A stretch of 64,000 nt of DNA from an uncultured Gammaproteobacteria bacterium (GCA_963748215.1 CAVVHS010000002.1:64001-128000); one strand, 5' to 3'. Numbered from the stretch's first letter, positions 10,689 through 20,905 are shown. Notes: generated by a model from the letters alone, not told the origin. Numbers and translations: made by a program.

Positions 10689-11078
10689 AGGGAATCTCTG
10701 TGCAGGTCGTCATTGAGACGGCTGCAGGGAAGCAGAGCACCGGCGCCCGGAGTACAGCAGAAGCACCCGTCCGGGCATGGAGCAGTTAGCGGAGGGTGCG
10801 ATGAGTTACGACGTGACCCGATGAAAGGGTCCTCAGGTTTGCGGTCGAATATCGAGTAGTTGTGAATGCGCATGTGCAGGCTGTTCATAACAGGCTGCAC
10901 ATGCAGCCGCGTTGCCTTTGGACTAACCGCTTTGACAGTGACGCGCAATTACCGTCACTGGGTATCTGCATGACAGACAAGCGATGTTAGATTGTTTCCG
11001 TGGGTGAGCAAGCGGTCAAGCGTCAGTGTAATGCGCGTTGTTATGTACCGACACTTGACCGCCAGGTCTCGATACAAA

Positions 11079-11285
11079 TTACACTGGCACAACCTTGTTG
11101 GCACATGGACCCTTCTGTCCCTGGCCTACTTCATACTCTACAGTCTGACCTTCATTGAGGGATGCATAGCCGCCCCCGCTCTTGATTTCTGAATGATGCA
11201 CGAAGAGATCCTTTCCACCGTCTTCCGGCGTGATAAAACCATATCCCTTGTCTGCGTTGAACCACTTTACTGTACCTTTACTCAT
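11079..11285 (-). CDS. cold-shock protein
   Basis: [25 protein letters not shown] motifs. Confidence 0.96.
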   Translation of the reverse strand: MSKGTVKWFNADKGYGFITPEDGGKDLFVHHSEIKSGGGYASLNEGQTVEYEVGQGQKGPCANKVVPV

Positions 11286-11599
11286 TTAACTTTTCCTGTC
11301 GCAATTAAGGTGGATGCTGCTTTTCAATGATAACGCTTCTGGACGACAACGTCTGTAGTGGACTTTACTAGATAAAACTTGCGTCTGTTACCGGTAAATA
11401 AGGCCCTGATCGAAGAACTGCAGCATCTGGCACGGCCTGCCTGCACCAAACCGGACAAGCATGCCAAAATGCATAATGCGTGATTCTGCACTGTTGGCTG
11501 CGCGCCCGGCGGTAGCTTGCAGCCTCATGCCAGGCACGGCCGCGGACATCCCCTGCTCTCGCAAACCCTTTAATAAACAAGGGATACTCATCACGGCAA

Positions 11600-12314
11600 T
11601 CACCGTAACCGGCTCCAGCAGGCGATCAGGGTCAAGCGATGCGACATAGGACGGGGCGGGGCCTGTACCCCCGAGCAGGGGATCCCAATAGTCATCGAAG
11701 CTGGCAAACTCTGTTGTAATCTCGATCGACTCGCAGCATACCTCGCACAGGCGACTCGCGCGGAACAGATCTGCAAGCGTCCCGGGGCGGCAGATCGGGA
11801 AGCGCTTGCCTTCATCCAGATCCCGGGCATTCGAATCCTTCGCCACGGCGGCATCCCGGAAATAGCGAAGCAATTCCATCTTGCCTGCATAGTCCCAGAC
11901 GCAGGCCGAGATGATCCCCCGGCCAGCGCTGAGAGAGCGCATCTCTTCGATCGCGGCCTTCGGACCCGCAAAGGAGTTAAGGGCGAGTAACGAGGTAATG
12001 CTGCCATAGCCGTCTTAGTGGCCGGGAAGCGAGCCCACTCCAGCGACAACAAACAAAGCCCGGGCGTCACGGGATTGCCGACCCGCGTACGCCATGAACG
12101 GATCGGCCGGATCGCAACCCAGGACCGATGCGGGATCGACCTGACAGCAGATTGCCTCCGTGAGGGCGCCCGTTCCGCAGCCCACATCCAGCCAGTGAAT
12201 ATTGCCGGGCGGGCGCTACCAGGAAACAAACCGGGGCACGAGCTGTCGGCTCCACCGGCCCATGAAGTCCTCATAATCAAGGCCGGCAGCCCATTGATCG
12301 CGTACATCAGGCAT
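11600..12314 (-). pseudogene. class I SAM-dependent methyltransferase pseudogene
   Basis: One frame gives YEDFMGRWSR..WLDVGCGTGALT..ACVWDY..TGPAPSYVASL, with in-frame TAG (12216) and TAA (about 12015) and an apparently truncated 3' end. Confidence 0.8.
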
Positions 12315-12431
12315 GCGCTTGTCTTCTTCGCCCTGTCTGACGACTGCCATGAACGGCCGGGGCACCGCCACCAGGCGGAGACCTGGTCCGGTTGCATATG
12401 GCGCACGGATCGATGGCCTTCTCAGGTGCAC

Positions 12432-12438
12432 ACCTAAC
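12432..12438 (-). repeat. attC remnant (R' GTTAGGT only)
   Basis: acctaac on plus strand just downstream of the last cassette ORF; no partner box seen. Confidence 0.35.
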
Positions 12439-12464
12439 GACCCTGTACATTGTCTCTCCTTGAA

Positions 12465-12695
12465 TCACCACGATCTATATACAACCAAACCACTTATAAC
12501 AACCAACACCAGGTAGGTGGCCAAATAGCACCATTCCGCGGGCCCGGAGTGCCCGACCGCTTCAATTGAAAAGGTGCCTTCAACCCACGTCCAAAACGGC
12601 ATCGTCAACAGGGTTGTAACGACAGCAATCGGTGCACAGACAATCACGACGACCAGTCCGATTGCAGCTCCCTTCAAGCGCTCGAGAAATGTCAC
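12465..12695 (-). CDS. cassette 34: small membrane protein
   Basis: GTG start just inside attC 12706-12769; PFWTWVEGTFSIEAVGHSGPAEWCY. Confidence 0.6.
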   Translation of the reverse strand: MTFLERLKGAAIGLVVVIVCAPIAVVTTLLTMPFWTWVEGTFSIEAVGHSGPAEWCYLATYLVLVVISGLVVYRSW

Positions 12696-12705
12696 GTTAA
12701 AAACT

Positions 12706-12769
12706 GCACAGTGTGCGCTTAGCTGTCGGGCGGCGACGCCGTCCGGTCGGCTGCAGCGTGTTGTTGGGC
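12706..12769 (-). repeat. attC (degenerate)
   Basis: gttgggc box at 12763; hairpin core; R' box decayed. Confidence 0.5.
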
Positions 12770-13165
12770 AGAAGTTCTCGACTCGATTCCCAGGCGCATA
12801 AACCTGGAAAAGCGAGGCATTATCCAGATCGACACGCATATCGCCACGAGATGGCGGCCGATGGCATAGGTCGATAGCCACTGTCGCGGGTACTCGAATA
12901 CTCCCCATGAGGAAAGGTCCGTGACCACGAACCATAGTGTGTCTATAACCTCGAGCACACCAAGTGGCAGGAGTAGCAGTACGAGGTAGAGCTGCAGCTT
13001 GCAAGGTGCCCGTCTCAAGAAGAAGAGAGGCAATACAAACGGCCAAATTCGAGAAAGGCCCTGAAATACTCCGAAATAGGCCAGTGCTTCCCAGCCTGCA
13101 GCGGCGGCCACGCCCGGCAGCACGAAGAACAGCACAACGAGTGCGACATATGCGAGTCGATTCAT
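12719..13165 (-). CDS. cassette 33: membrane protein
   Basis: Hydrophobic ORF between attC sites; reads into its attC. Confidence 0.6.
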   Translation of the reverse strand: MNRLAYVALVVLFFVLPGVAAAAGWEALAYFGVFQGLSRIWPFVLPLFFLRRAPCKLQLYLVLLLLPLGVLEVIDTLWFVVTDLSSWGVFEYPRQWLSTYAIGRHLVAICVSIWIMPRFSRFMRLGIESRTSAQQHAAADRTASPPDS

Positions 13166-13171
13166 TTCTTC

Positions 13172-13232
13172 ACCCGACTATTGAACTCAAGCGAGCCGTG
13201 TAAACAGTGCCGCCTGGAGCGACTGGTCATAC
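13172..13232 (-). repeat. attC (degenerate)
   Basis: acccgac...gtcatac, both boxes one change from consensus. Confidence 0.5.
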
Positions 13233-13241
13233 GTAGATCGC

Positions 13242-13430
13242 CTATTTTGAGCCTGCCATAGGTTGGTACATATCCTGATTTATAAACCAGAATACGCTGC
13301 CTGTATCAATGAAAAGAGCAAACAGCCCTGAATAGAGAACAAATGGTCTGTCCGAGCCATCTGACACCAGCGCAACAACAATGGAAACCGTGCCCACCAA
13401 CGGAAAACCTGATACCCATTTGTAATCGTC
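13242..13430 (-). pseudogene. cassette 32: 5'-truncated membrane-protein remnant
   Basis: Open frame DDYKWVSGFPLVGTV...FIDTGSVFWF* with no start; loosely resembles the C-terminal half of the 15700-16041 product. Confidence 0.5.
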
Positions 13431-13434
13431 CCTC

Positions 13435-13496
13435 GTCTGAGCTCACACGCTAGCGGTGCGCCAGCATCGCGAGTAAGGTGGGGCGATTAGTTAGAC
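13435..13496 (-). repeat. attC (partly deleted)
   Basis: gttagac box at 13490 matches the cassette start gtctaac at 13851; other end lost. Confidence 0.5.
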
Positions 13497-13498
13497 GT

Positions 13499-13843
13499 TC
13501 AATTAACAATAGCGACAACACCTTTCAGTACGATGATAAAAAGCAACAGCAGGGCCGAGATTAACAGCCCTACCCAGGTGGCCTTCTCCAGGTATTCGTC
13601 TCTCGCACGGAATGCACTCACCTCTGGTCCCGATATCCGTCCTTTACTGATGAGGACCTCGACGCCTGCCCAGGCGTTTCGTTTGGCAAGCCAATGGAGG
13701 CCATTCCATTCCTCTCTATGGGTTGCTTTTACCCATGCCGCTGTTCTTTGAGCATTGATGATCCGGCGAACCCAACAGAGAAACCCGTATATGCCGGGTG
13801 ATGAAGCAGCCACAAGAACAATGTTTTCAACTACTGTAGCCAT
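13499..13843 (-). CDS. cassette 31: 2-TM hypothetical protein
   Basis: ORF fills the cassette. Confidence 0.7.
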   Translation of the reverse strand: MATVVENIVLVAASSPGIYGFLCWVRRIINAQRTAAWVKATHREEWNGLHWLAKRNAWAGVEVLISKGRISGPEVSAFRARDEYLEKATWVGLLISALLLLFIIVLKGVVAIVN

Positions 13844-13850
13844 CGGCAAC

Positions 13851-13922
13851 GTCTAACGCCAAGCCAGGAGGCGGGCAAACCGCGAAGCAGGTTGGCCGTC
13901 CGACTTGAGCACCGTGTTATGT
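13851..13922 (-). repeat. attC
   Basis: gtctaac...gttatgt with internal palindrome. Confidence 0.8.
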
Positions 13923-14462
13923 GTTGAGCACATTCCGCCAGTATCCCCGTATCTGCTCGGCCAGCAGGGCAGGTTCGACGGGCAACAACGGCCCCCTCAA
14001 GGCTACAGCCGGATACCCGAAACGAGCGCTTCGATTAAGCCTTTCCAGCCAGTTGAACCGCTGTAGAAAACGCTCACGATTTTTCGGTACCAACTCGACA
14101 CAAGGGAGACCCTGGTATTTGGAGAGACGGACATCGGCAATCTCACTCCAATCGATCCAACCCGCTCCAGACCAGCTACCAGAGGCGTTATCATAGACAC
14201 CACGAGGACTGATTACTAAATATGGCTGTCTGGAGTATAGCCTGCGGAGGAACATAAGACCCAGAATGCCGAAGAGTACGATACCGCCAATTCCGGCGAT
14301 GTGAACAAGAACCTTGGTCGCAGAAGGCAAGTCCGTTTCCCCTAAATTGGGTGAGACATAAATGTAGGAGAGAAGGAAGGTGAGCAACAGAACCAGGCAG
14401 AAGATTACTGTTCTCCTGGTGCCCCTGCGATTGACGTAGAATACGATTTCTTCCGGGTACAA
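13917..14462 (-). CDS. cassette 30: STM3941-like membrane protein
   Basis: Two TM helices, then PYLVISPRGVYDN..GWIDWSEI (PH-like); TTG start after AGGGA. Confidence 0.7.
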   Translation of the reverse strand: MYPEEIVFYVNRRGTRRTVIFCLVLLLTFLLSYIYVSPNLGETDLPSATKVLVHIAGIGGIVLFGILGLMFLRRLYSRQPYLVISPRGVYDNASGSWSGAGWIDWSEIADVRLSKYQGLPCVELVPKNRERFLQRFNWLERLNRSARFGYPAVALRGPLLPVEPALLAEQIRGYWRNVLNT

Positions 14463-14476
14463 TTCCCTACTCTGAC

Positions 14477-14557
14477 AAATAACGTTGAGCGCCAGGGACA
14501 TTGCGCTGTTTGCGCAGTCCCGGCCGCGTAGCGGCGAACTGGGCGCCGTTGTTAGAA
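14477..14557 (-). repeat. attC
   Basis: aaataac...gttagaa. Confidence 0.75.
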
Positions 14558-14573
14558 GAAAATGTCGCCATGT

Positions 14574-14882
14574 TTAGTCGCCGACAAACTTCAGGAAAGT
14601 ATGAGCCTGACCGTTTGCCTTCTCTGCAAGGCAGATCTGTTTCCTGCCATGGACTTTAGCGCTGGAGTCAGCGGCCCCTTCTATAGCCAATGATAACTCC
14701 TGTATAAATACAGGCAACTGACCCTGGTTGAATATCGTATCGCCGTATGGATCAACAAAACGCAGGCAAATCGAAGTTTCGTCGTTGTAATCGGACAGAA
14801 GTCTTTCGAGCAGGTTTTCTATATCGAGCAACTCTTCAATAAGTTCACCCGATTCCGTTTCTATTCGCGCGTCGATTCCCAT
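14574..14882 (-). CDS. cassette 29: hypothetical acidic protein
   Basis: MGIDARIE..CLRFVDPYGDTIFNQGQ..HTFLKFVGD. Confidence 0.75.
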   Translation of the reverse strand: MGIDARIETESGELIEELLDIENLLERLLSDYNDETSICLRFVDPYGDTIFNQGQLPVFIQELSLAIEGAADSSAKVHGRKQICLAEKANGQAHTFLKFVGD

Positions 14883-14910
14883 ACAGGTATCTTTTGTCTT
14901 CTGACGGCAT

Positions 14911-14970
14911 CCATAACGGACTGTGAAAGCGCAGCACTGTAGCAGATCCGAGCTCATGGCGTTGTTAGCG
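14911..14970 (-). repeat. attC
   Basis: ccataac...gttagcg overlapping the stop codon. Confidence 0.7.
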
Positions 14971-15603
14971 TTCAACTTTTTCAATTATCGGGCTCTTATC
15001 CGTGCCAATATGACGAAAGACTGCCACAGCTCTTTCTCTATTTAAAGCATCGTTAAGCGGATCGTATAATTCGCGTGGCACAAAATAATACTGAACATCC
15101 AATGTTACATATTGGCTGTTTTCCCAGGTCTTTTTCGTATATGTTTTCCTTGCATAGTTGTCTATTTCTTTCTGTTCTTCGATTGAACCTGTATAGCTAT
15201 TTACTACGAAAATAGATTCGTATGTGCCATCCCCAACCGGCCCACTTCCAGCTACTTGAATGTTTTCTTCCTGCCTTGGGAAATAGGGTCTAATGGTGTG
15301 ATCCCACATGCCAGTGTAATAGATAAGAATGGCAACCAGAAAGCATGAAGGCAGAATCATGCTTCTGAAGATATAAGAAAACTTATCCGTCATATGTCCC
15401 GGTAAAACCAGTAAATTACCGACAAGTGTGATGGGTATGGCGACGATTAACATGATGACGACAAGGATTCCGGCGAACCCTTCTGCAGAGGCCCCAGAGT
15501 CGGGAACGATCACAGCGAATGCCGCTATCACCTCGACCAGTACTGGCAGGGCGAACCCGAAAAAAAGCCGGCTTAGTCTATTTTTTGTTAAATCAGATGA
15601 CAT
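14965..15603 (-). CDS. cassette 28: 3-TM protein with soluble C-domain
   Basis: ORF fills cassette; stop inside R'' box. Confidence 0.75.
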   Translation of the reverse strand: MSSDLTKNRLSRLFFGFALPVLVEVIAAFAVIVPDSGASAEGFAGILVVIMLIVAIPITLVGNLLVLPGHMTDKFSYIFRSMILPSCFLVAILIYYTGMWDHTIRPYFPRQEENIQVAGSGPVGDGTYESIFVVNSYTGSIEEQKEIDNYARKTYTKKTWENSQYVTLDVQYYFVPRELYDPLNDALNRERAVAVFRHIGTDKSPIIEKVER

Positions 15604-15614
15604 TTCGTCATAGA

Positions 15615-15687
15615 CGCAAACGCTCAGCATCAGCGGCCAACAAAACGCGTAGCGGCTTTTTGGTTCGCCTGCATGCGCTTGTTAGGC
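15615..15687 (-). repeat. attC
   Basis: cgcaaac...gttaggc with palindromic core. Confidence 0.75.
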
Positions 15688-15699
15688 GGTATTGTCAGA

Positions 15700-16041
15700 T
15701 TATGCTCGAGTTGAATACCAACCAGTCAGAAAGAAGGGTAATCCTCCCCAGTCTATAACTAATGGTATCCAAAACCACTTCCAGCTCTCACTAATCGGCA
15801 AGATCACAATTCCTGCTGCTGCGAAGACTCCACCAAAAATAGGTGCTACGGAAGATGCGTGCTCCTTTCGAATAACGGTAAGCCAAAATATCATTGCGTT
15901 AAATGCAATGAAGGTACTTCCAATAATCAGCAATGTACCAGCTAATGTAATTTGCGGCCAGATTACAAAGACAATAAGCCAGGTCACTGTCGACAGTAGT
16001 CGTAGCCAATCCAGAGCGGCAAAAGAATCCTTGTCTGTCAT
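15700..16041 (-). CDS. cassette 27: membrane protein
   Basis: Hydrophobic ORF filling the cassette. Confidence 0.75.
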   Translation of the reverse strand: MTDKDSFAALDWLRLLSTVTWLIVFVIWPQITLAGTLLIIGSTFIAFNAMIFWLTVIRKEHASSVAPIFGGVFAAAGIVILPISESWKWFWIPLVIDWGGLPFFLTGWYSTRA

Positions 16042-16054
16042 TGCTTCACCACCT

Positions 16055-16138
16055 GACTACAAAGCTTAGCGGCACGGACGGAACGCCAAAGAAAGAAGCT
16101 CGCGTCTAATCCGCGTCCGCTCCAGCGCCTTGCCAGGC
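16055..16138 (-). repeat. attC (degenerate)
   Basis: gactac...gccaggc; R'' change turns the expected TAA into TGG so the ankyrin ORF reads into the site. Confidence 0.55.
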
Positions 16139-16633
16139 TACCGCTTCAAGGTACTTCACCGCGTCGTTCGAACCAAGCATTCGCGCTTCCTCAAGGGGGG
16201 TAGCATAGTTATCGATTCTCGTCTTCGCCGTCGAGTCCGCCCCGTAATCCAGGAGCAGCTTCAGTGCCTTTACGTCATTTCTCGCCGCTGCCATATGTAG
16301 CGAAGTCCAGTCGTTAATGCCACGTATGTCTGTTGGTGCCCCATGCTCAAGCAGCATCTCCAGAATCTCATACCTATCATAGCGTTCTGATACGATAGCA
16401 GATAGCAGCGCGGGATAGCCCTCGTCGTCGGAGAAAGCCAGATCCACCTTCTTCTCCAGCATCCAGGCAATGGCCACACTTGAACCGAAGTCGATTGCGT
16501 TTCGTATCCAGCGCCTTCCTGTGAAGTCATCTTCACCATTAGGAAAGTCATCCACCAGCTCGGCAAGTTCTTCGAGTTGTTCCGTGGTTCCGGTCTTCAG
16601 CACACCACTAACGTAATCGTAGTCCTTAGACAT
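16106..16633 (-). CDS. cassette 26: ankyrin-repeat protein
   Basis: GYPALLSAI..LLEHGA, WTSLHMAA..LLLDYGAD, TPLEEA. Confidence 0.9.
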   Translation of the reverse strand: MSKDYDYVSGVLKTGTTEQLEELAELVDDFPNGEDDFTGRRWIRNAIDFGSSVAIAWMLEKKVDLAFSDDEGYPALLSAIVSERYDRYEILEMLLEHGAPTDIRGINDWTSLHMAAARNDVKALKLLLDYGADSTAKTRIDNYATPLEEARMLGSNDAVKYLEAVAWQGAGADAD

Positions 16634-16644
16634 ATAGTCAGGTC

Positions 16645-16729
16645 ACCGAACACCGCGCGTTAAAGACCGAGCTTAAAACGAGGTCCTGGCCCACCTGAAA
16701 GGCGGGCGCACTCGATGCTCTTGTTATGT
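16645..16729 (-). repeat. attC
   Basis: accgaac...gttatgt. Confidence 0.65.
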
Positions 16730-16750
16730 AATTTCTGCAACTTCTTTTCC

Positions 16751-17161
16751 CTACGCAAAACCCTGTTTGACACTTCCTCTGACGGGACGCGAAAGGAACG
16801 TTCGCTTCACCAAAGCAACCGAGACCGACTCATCGCTATTCCTCGGGAATATTGAAACAAACCGAGCCATTGCGCAGTAACCGAATATTATCTGCGCCCA
16901 CGTTCCTATGGTAGGAATCCAATATATCAGCCGAACCGGCTCAGGTAGTGCAACAATAAGAAGCATCAGGTACCAAAAACGTACTTGAACAGGGAATGCA
17001 GTAATGCCACGCTCTCGAATTACAAAGTGGCACATTTGAAATACTGTAAGCCCGATAGCAAACATGAAGCCGTCTGGATACCCAGACACGCCAACCGTGA
17101 GCAGACATGCTGTTACCAACCAATACCACTAGCCAATATCCCTATAATCGATCATAAACAT
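16751..17161 (-). pseudogene. cassette 25: membrane protein with early nonsense codon
   Basis: MFMIDYRDIG*WYWLVTAC...; TAG at 17129-17131 within a Trp-rich run. Confidence 0.7.
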
Positions 17162-17186
17162 GTTAACGTCCTCTGACTGGTTATAA

Positions 17187-17287
17187 ACATAACTGAGAGT
17201 TCAGCCGCCCTTGACGGCTGCCGACTGGAGCGATTGCAAAGAAGGTCGCGGTCAGGGTCAGGGGGCTTCTGCAACGACTCGTTATGT
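17187..17287 (-). repeat. attC
   Basis: acataac...gttatgt. Confidence 0.8.
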
Positions 17288-17659
17288 GTTCTCATCGGGT
17301 CGCTCAGCGAAATGGAGTAGAACGCCTGCCGGATCCCAAACGTGGGTTATTAGCAATCCCCATGGTTTCAGATCTGGAGGTGCGACTTTCGTGCCTTTGA
17401 ATTTCTCCATAAGCTTTATGCTCTCGAAATGGTCGTACCACTCCTGTGCAGAGTTAACCATAAAATGTAGCATCAGGCTGTGTGCGTAGTTATTGTGATT
17501 CTTTGGCAAGAGAAGAAATCTATAACCAAAATTCGTGTCAATTTCACAGACTTCCCCATCGTCCCAATTGACGGTGAACCCCATGCATTCATAGAACGCC
17601 TTCGATACTTCGAAATCATTCGAAGGAACAAACGGCTTGAAGTCAGTTATCTCACGCAT
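17282..17659 (-). CDS. cassette 24: VOC/glyoxalase family protein
   Basis: KPFVPSNDFEVSKAFYE..GF, PWG..HVWDPAGVLLHF. Confidence 0.88.
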   Translation of the reverse strand: MREITDFKPFVPSNDFEVSKAFYECMGFTVNWDDGEVCEIDTNFGYRFLLLPKNHNNYAHSLMLHFMVNSAQEWYDHFESIKLMEKFKGTKVAPPDLKPWGLLITHVWDPAGVLLHFAERPDENT

Positions 17660-17677
17660 GATTCACGGTCCCGGAAC

Positions 17678-17744
17678 ACATAACGACCAAGCTGCGCGGC
17701 GTGAACGGAGCATAGTGAACATCCGAACAAGCGCCTTGTTAGCC
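17678..17744 (-). repeat. attC
   Basis: acataac...gttagcc. Confidence 0.8.
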
Positions 17745-17765
17745 ATTTCTTGCCTACCACCATCG

Positions 17766-18524
17766 TCAATGACTTTTCCCGGCTGGTTTATGCTTAAAAA
17801 TGATAAGGCAGGCGACTATAAAAATTAAAAGCGCTGCTGATGCGGAGTATCTGCTCAAAGCCAAACCACCGGAAGCAGTCGGCTTGTCTAGAAAGTCACC
17901 AACCACAGCTCCGAGCGGTCGGGTAAGCACGAAAGCAGCCCAGAAAAGAAGTGTGCGGGAAATTGTTGTCCAGTAGTAGGCTGCAACTACTAAAGCGAGC
18001 AACCCACTGAACACCGCCGCGCCACCAGTGTAACCTAACCCTGCGGTATCTGCTGTCCAGTCACCCAATGCAGTGCCGAGTGTTTGTGAAAACATAATTG
18101 TAACCCAGTAAAAGACTTCTGCTTTGGGGCTGCTTACAGACTCTACTGACACCGTACCAAGCGTACGGTACCACAGTACAAGCGAAGCGATTAGCAAGGT
18201 GAATAGCAGAGAAGTGCCGCCAGCGTAACCAATCCCGAGTGAACGATCTGCGTAATCAGCAAGCGTTGTTCCAACCGTTGTGGTAGCTATGATGGTTGTC
18301 CAGTACACATAAGGATGGAAGCGCTTGGCAGCAATTTGCACACCAACGGCTGCAATGAAGATCGCGGCGAAGATGGCTGTGGCTGTGAGGTAACCAAGAT
18401 TCATCGACATCGATACAGCGTCGCCGCCTGTTTCGCCGAGTGTAGTGGCCGCGACTTTTATAACCCAGAATAGCAGGGTAACTTCTGGTACTTTGGCAAT
18501 GATCTTTTCTGTCGTATTATTCAT
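17766..18524 (-). CDS. cassette 23: COG4705 membrane-anchored protein
   Basis: KVPEVTLLFWVIKVAATTLGETGGD, SQTLGTALGD, LTRPLGAVVGD. Confidence 0.9.
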   Translation of the reverse strand: MNNTTEKIIAKVPEVTLLFWVIKVAATTLGETGGDAVSMSMNLGYLTATAIFAAIFIAAVGVQIAAKRFHPYVYWTTIIATTTVGTTLADYADRSLGIGYAGGTSLLFTLLIASLVLWYRTLGTVSVESVSSPKAEVFYWVTIMFSQTLGTALGDWTADTAGLGYTGGAAVFSGLLALVVAAYYWTTISRTLLFWAAFVLTRPLGAVVGDFLDKPTASGGLALSRYSASAALLIFIVACLIIFKHKPAGKSH

Positions 18525-18552
18525 GCTATTTCCTGTGATTCTCGAATTTGAT

Positions 18553-18629
18553 AGCTGACGTCACAATAAGGCGCGCCGCATGGTGGCGTCGCAGTGAGCG
18601 AGGCGAACGACTTGATTGAGTTGTTATGT
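18553..18629 (-). repeat. attC (R' core mutated to GTC)
   Basis: agctgac...gttatgt. Confidence 0.7.
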
Positions 18630-18643
18630 GTAAGCTCTCGCAT

Positions 18644-18925
18644 TTATCCTTTGACTTCGACACCTTTCCAAAACGCCACACGCCCTTTTATATTCGATGC
18701 TGCCTCCTTTGGCTCTGGGTAGTACCACACCGCATCGACGTTCATTTCTCCGCCAACTTCAATTGAGTAATAACTGGCTTCCCCCTTCCATGGACATGTT
18801 GTATGGGTATCGCTTGGCGTCATGTACTTCATCTTCACGGATTCGATGGGAAAATAATGGTTACCCTCTACCACTACGGTATCAGTGCTCTCGGCAATAA
18901 CTTCGCCGTTCCAAATTGCTTGCAT
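18644..18925 (-). CDS. cassette 22: DUF427 protein
   Basis: VVEGNHYFP, TTCPWKGEASYY, WYYPEPK..IKGRVAFW. Confidence 0.93.
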   Translation of the reverse strand: MQAIWNGEVIAESTDTVVVEGNHYFPIESVKMKYMTPSDTHTTCPWKGEASYYSIEVGGEMNVDAVWYYPEPKEAASNIKGRVAFWKGVEVKG

Positions 18926-18947
18926 CGACGTGGCACTCCTTATTTAC

Positions 18948-19053
18948 ACATAACGCCACAAATCACCGGCGAATTGTAGCAACGTATGGCTTGCGGCAAT
19001 CGCCACAAACGAACGTTGCGGTAATTTGTCCATGTGAATTTGCCTTGTTAGCC
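18948..19053 (-). repeat. attC
   Basis: acataac...gttagcc with long stem. Confidence 0.85.
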
Positions 19054-19560
19054 ATTAGCCTTGAATCCTTCGTGGAAAGTTACTGTACCTTGAGGAATAT
19101 GCCCGTCGAAAGACAGGGCAAAGAAGACCTCCTGGGGTACTCCCTCACACACAAGTCCGGACACATTCTTGAATCCGAATTGCCTGTAGTACTCTGGATG
19201 CCCAACGAGGCAACACCCTTGAGCAACCATATCTTTAAGCCTTTTCAGCCCTTCTTCTATCAGGGCTTTACCGATACCCTGTCGTTGATATTCCGGCAAC
19301 ACCGAAACAGGCCCCAGGCCGTACCAGTTTTGTGTGCCGTCCGAATTCTTCAGGTGTGAAAACGCAATATGTCCAACCACACGTCTACCTATTTCTGCAA
19401 CGAGCGATATCGTAAGTGCGGCTGCGACCCGTAGCGCCTCTATGATAAATTGCTCAGTGTGATCACTAATATCAAGGGTCTTAAATGCAGCTACAGTCAC
19501 CTCGGTTATTGCGCTCACATCGGCATCTGTTGCATTCATAATCAAGACCTCCAGATCCAT
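19048..19560 (-). CDS. cassette 21: GNAT acetyltransferase (YhbS-like)
   Basis: LGPVSVLPEYQRQGIGKALI, LVGHPEYYRQFGF. Confidence 0.92.
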   Translation of the reverse strand: MDLEVLIMNATDADVSAITEVTVAAFKTLDISDHTEQFIIEALRVAAALTISLVAEIGRRVVGHIAFSHLKNSDGTQNWYGLGPVSVLPEYQRQGIGKALIEEGLKRLKDMVAQGCCLVGHPEYYRQFGFKNVSGLVCEGVPQEVFFALSFDGHIPQGTVTFHEGFKANG

Positions 19561-19709
19561 GAGTTTCTTCTTTCTCCTCCTTGATGGCTAGACATAATGA
19601 CTTCCCGTTAAAGAGCCGACCTCCGTCCTACGTGGATTAGCAGCGGTGCTGCCAGCGCCGTACTATTCAGGGTCGTTACACCAGCTAAATAACAGGATCG
19701 GAGGTCGAC

Positions 19710-20836
19710 ATGGGAAAATCTAGCATACTTTTTGTCGGAATGGATGTGCACAAGGAGTCCATTGAAATCGCCATTGCGAAGATGGAGCAAACAGCGAAAT
19801 CCGGCGTTATGAAAAGATCGGCGGAACCTTTGATGCCCTCAAGAAAGCCCTGCGCAAGCTGGTCTCGCAGGGTCGTACACTGCATTTTTGTTACGAAGCG
19901 GGACCGTGCGGATATGAGCTGTATCGTTATCTGACGGGCGAGGGGCATGTTTGCGTCGTCGTGGCACCGTCCCTGATCCCGAAGAAACCTGGGGACAAGG
20001 TCAAGACGGATAAACGGGTTGCCGTCCAGCTGGCACGCCAGTTCCGTGCCGGCGAGTTGACGGCCGTGTATGTGCCAGCGCGTGAAGACGAAGCCATCCG
20101 TGATCTGAGCCGGGCACGTGAAGATGCCATGCTGGTCCAGAAGTCGGCACGACAACGGCTCAAATCCTTTCTGCTGCGTCACAATATCCGTTATCAGGGC
20201 AGAGCCAACAGGAAGGAAAAACACCTGCGCTGGCTGGCCGATGAAGTGCGCCTGCCGGACCCGGCCCAACAAGTGGTCTTCCAGGAATACGTCAATACCG
20301 TTACCGATGCGGCGCACCGCATGGCGCGTCTGGTCGGCGAGATCCACCACTACGTCGAAGGCTGGCGCCTCTACCCGGTGGTTAAAGCGTTAATGGCCTT
20401 GCGTGGTGTGCAAATGATCGTCGCCGTTACGGTGATCGCGGAACTCGGCGATCTGACCCGCTTTGAAAACCCGAAACAGCTCATGAACTACCTGGGTCTG
20501 ACGCCGTGCGAATACTCCAGTGGTGAACGGCAACGCCGCGGGGCGATTACCAAGACCGGAAACCGGCATGCCCGGCGTATCCTGATCGAGGCCGCCTGGT
20601 TCTATCGCTACCTGCCGAAGGTGAGTCCTGAAATCCAGAAACGCCAGGAAGACCTGCCCCTGCCAATCCGCGACATCGCCTGGAAGGCGCAGCTGCGGTT
20701 AACAAAACGCTATCGGATCATGAGTCAGCGCGGCAAATCACCCAATGTCACGGTCGTGGCCATTGCACGGGAACTGGCCGGGTTTATGTGGGCCATTGCC
20801 AAGGCCGCTCCACTGTCGAAAGCATCACCGGCCTGA
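19710..20836 (+). pseudogene. IS110-family DEDD transposase, frameshifted
   Basis: VGMDVHK, YEAGPCG, KTDKR(V)A, YSSG, ITKTGN; 1-bp deletion near 19777; fourth DEDD Asp reads Val. Confidence 0.9.
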
Positions 20837-20905
20837 CCGGTTGAAAACACCGACTCAACAACAAGGAGAGGCCTTTCCATGCATTGAGTAACAGACCGAC
20901 AGAGT

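Noticed and set aside
12465-13046. 193-aa ORF, and similar 5' extensions at 27993, 14984, 14501 and 15630
   Set aside because: These starts lie inside attC sites or upstream cassettes; shorter starts fit the cassette boundaries.
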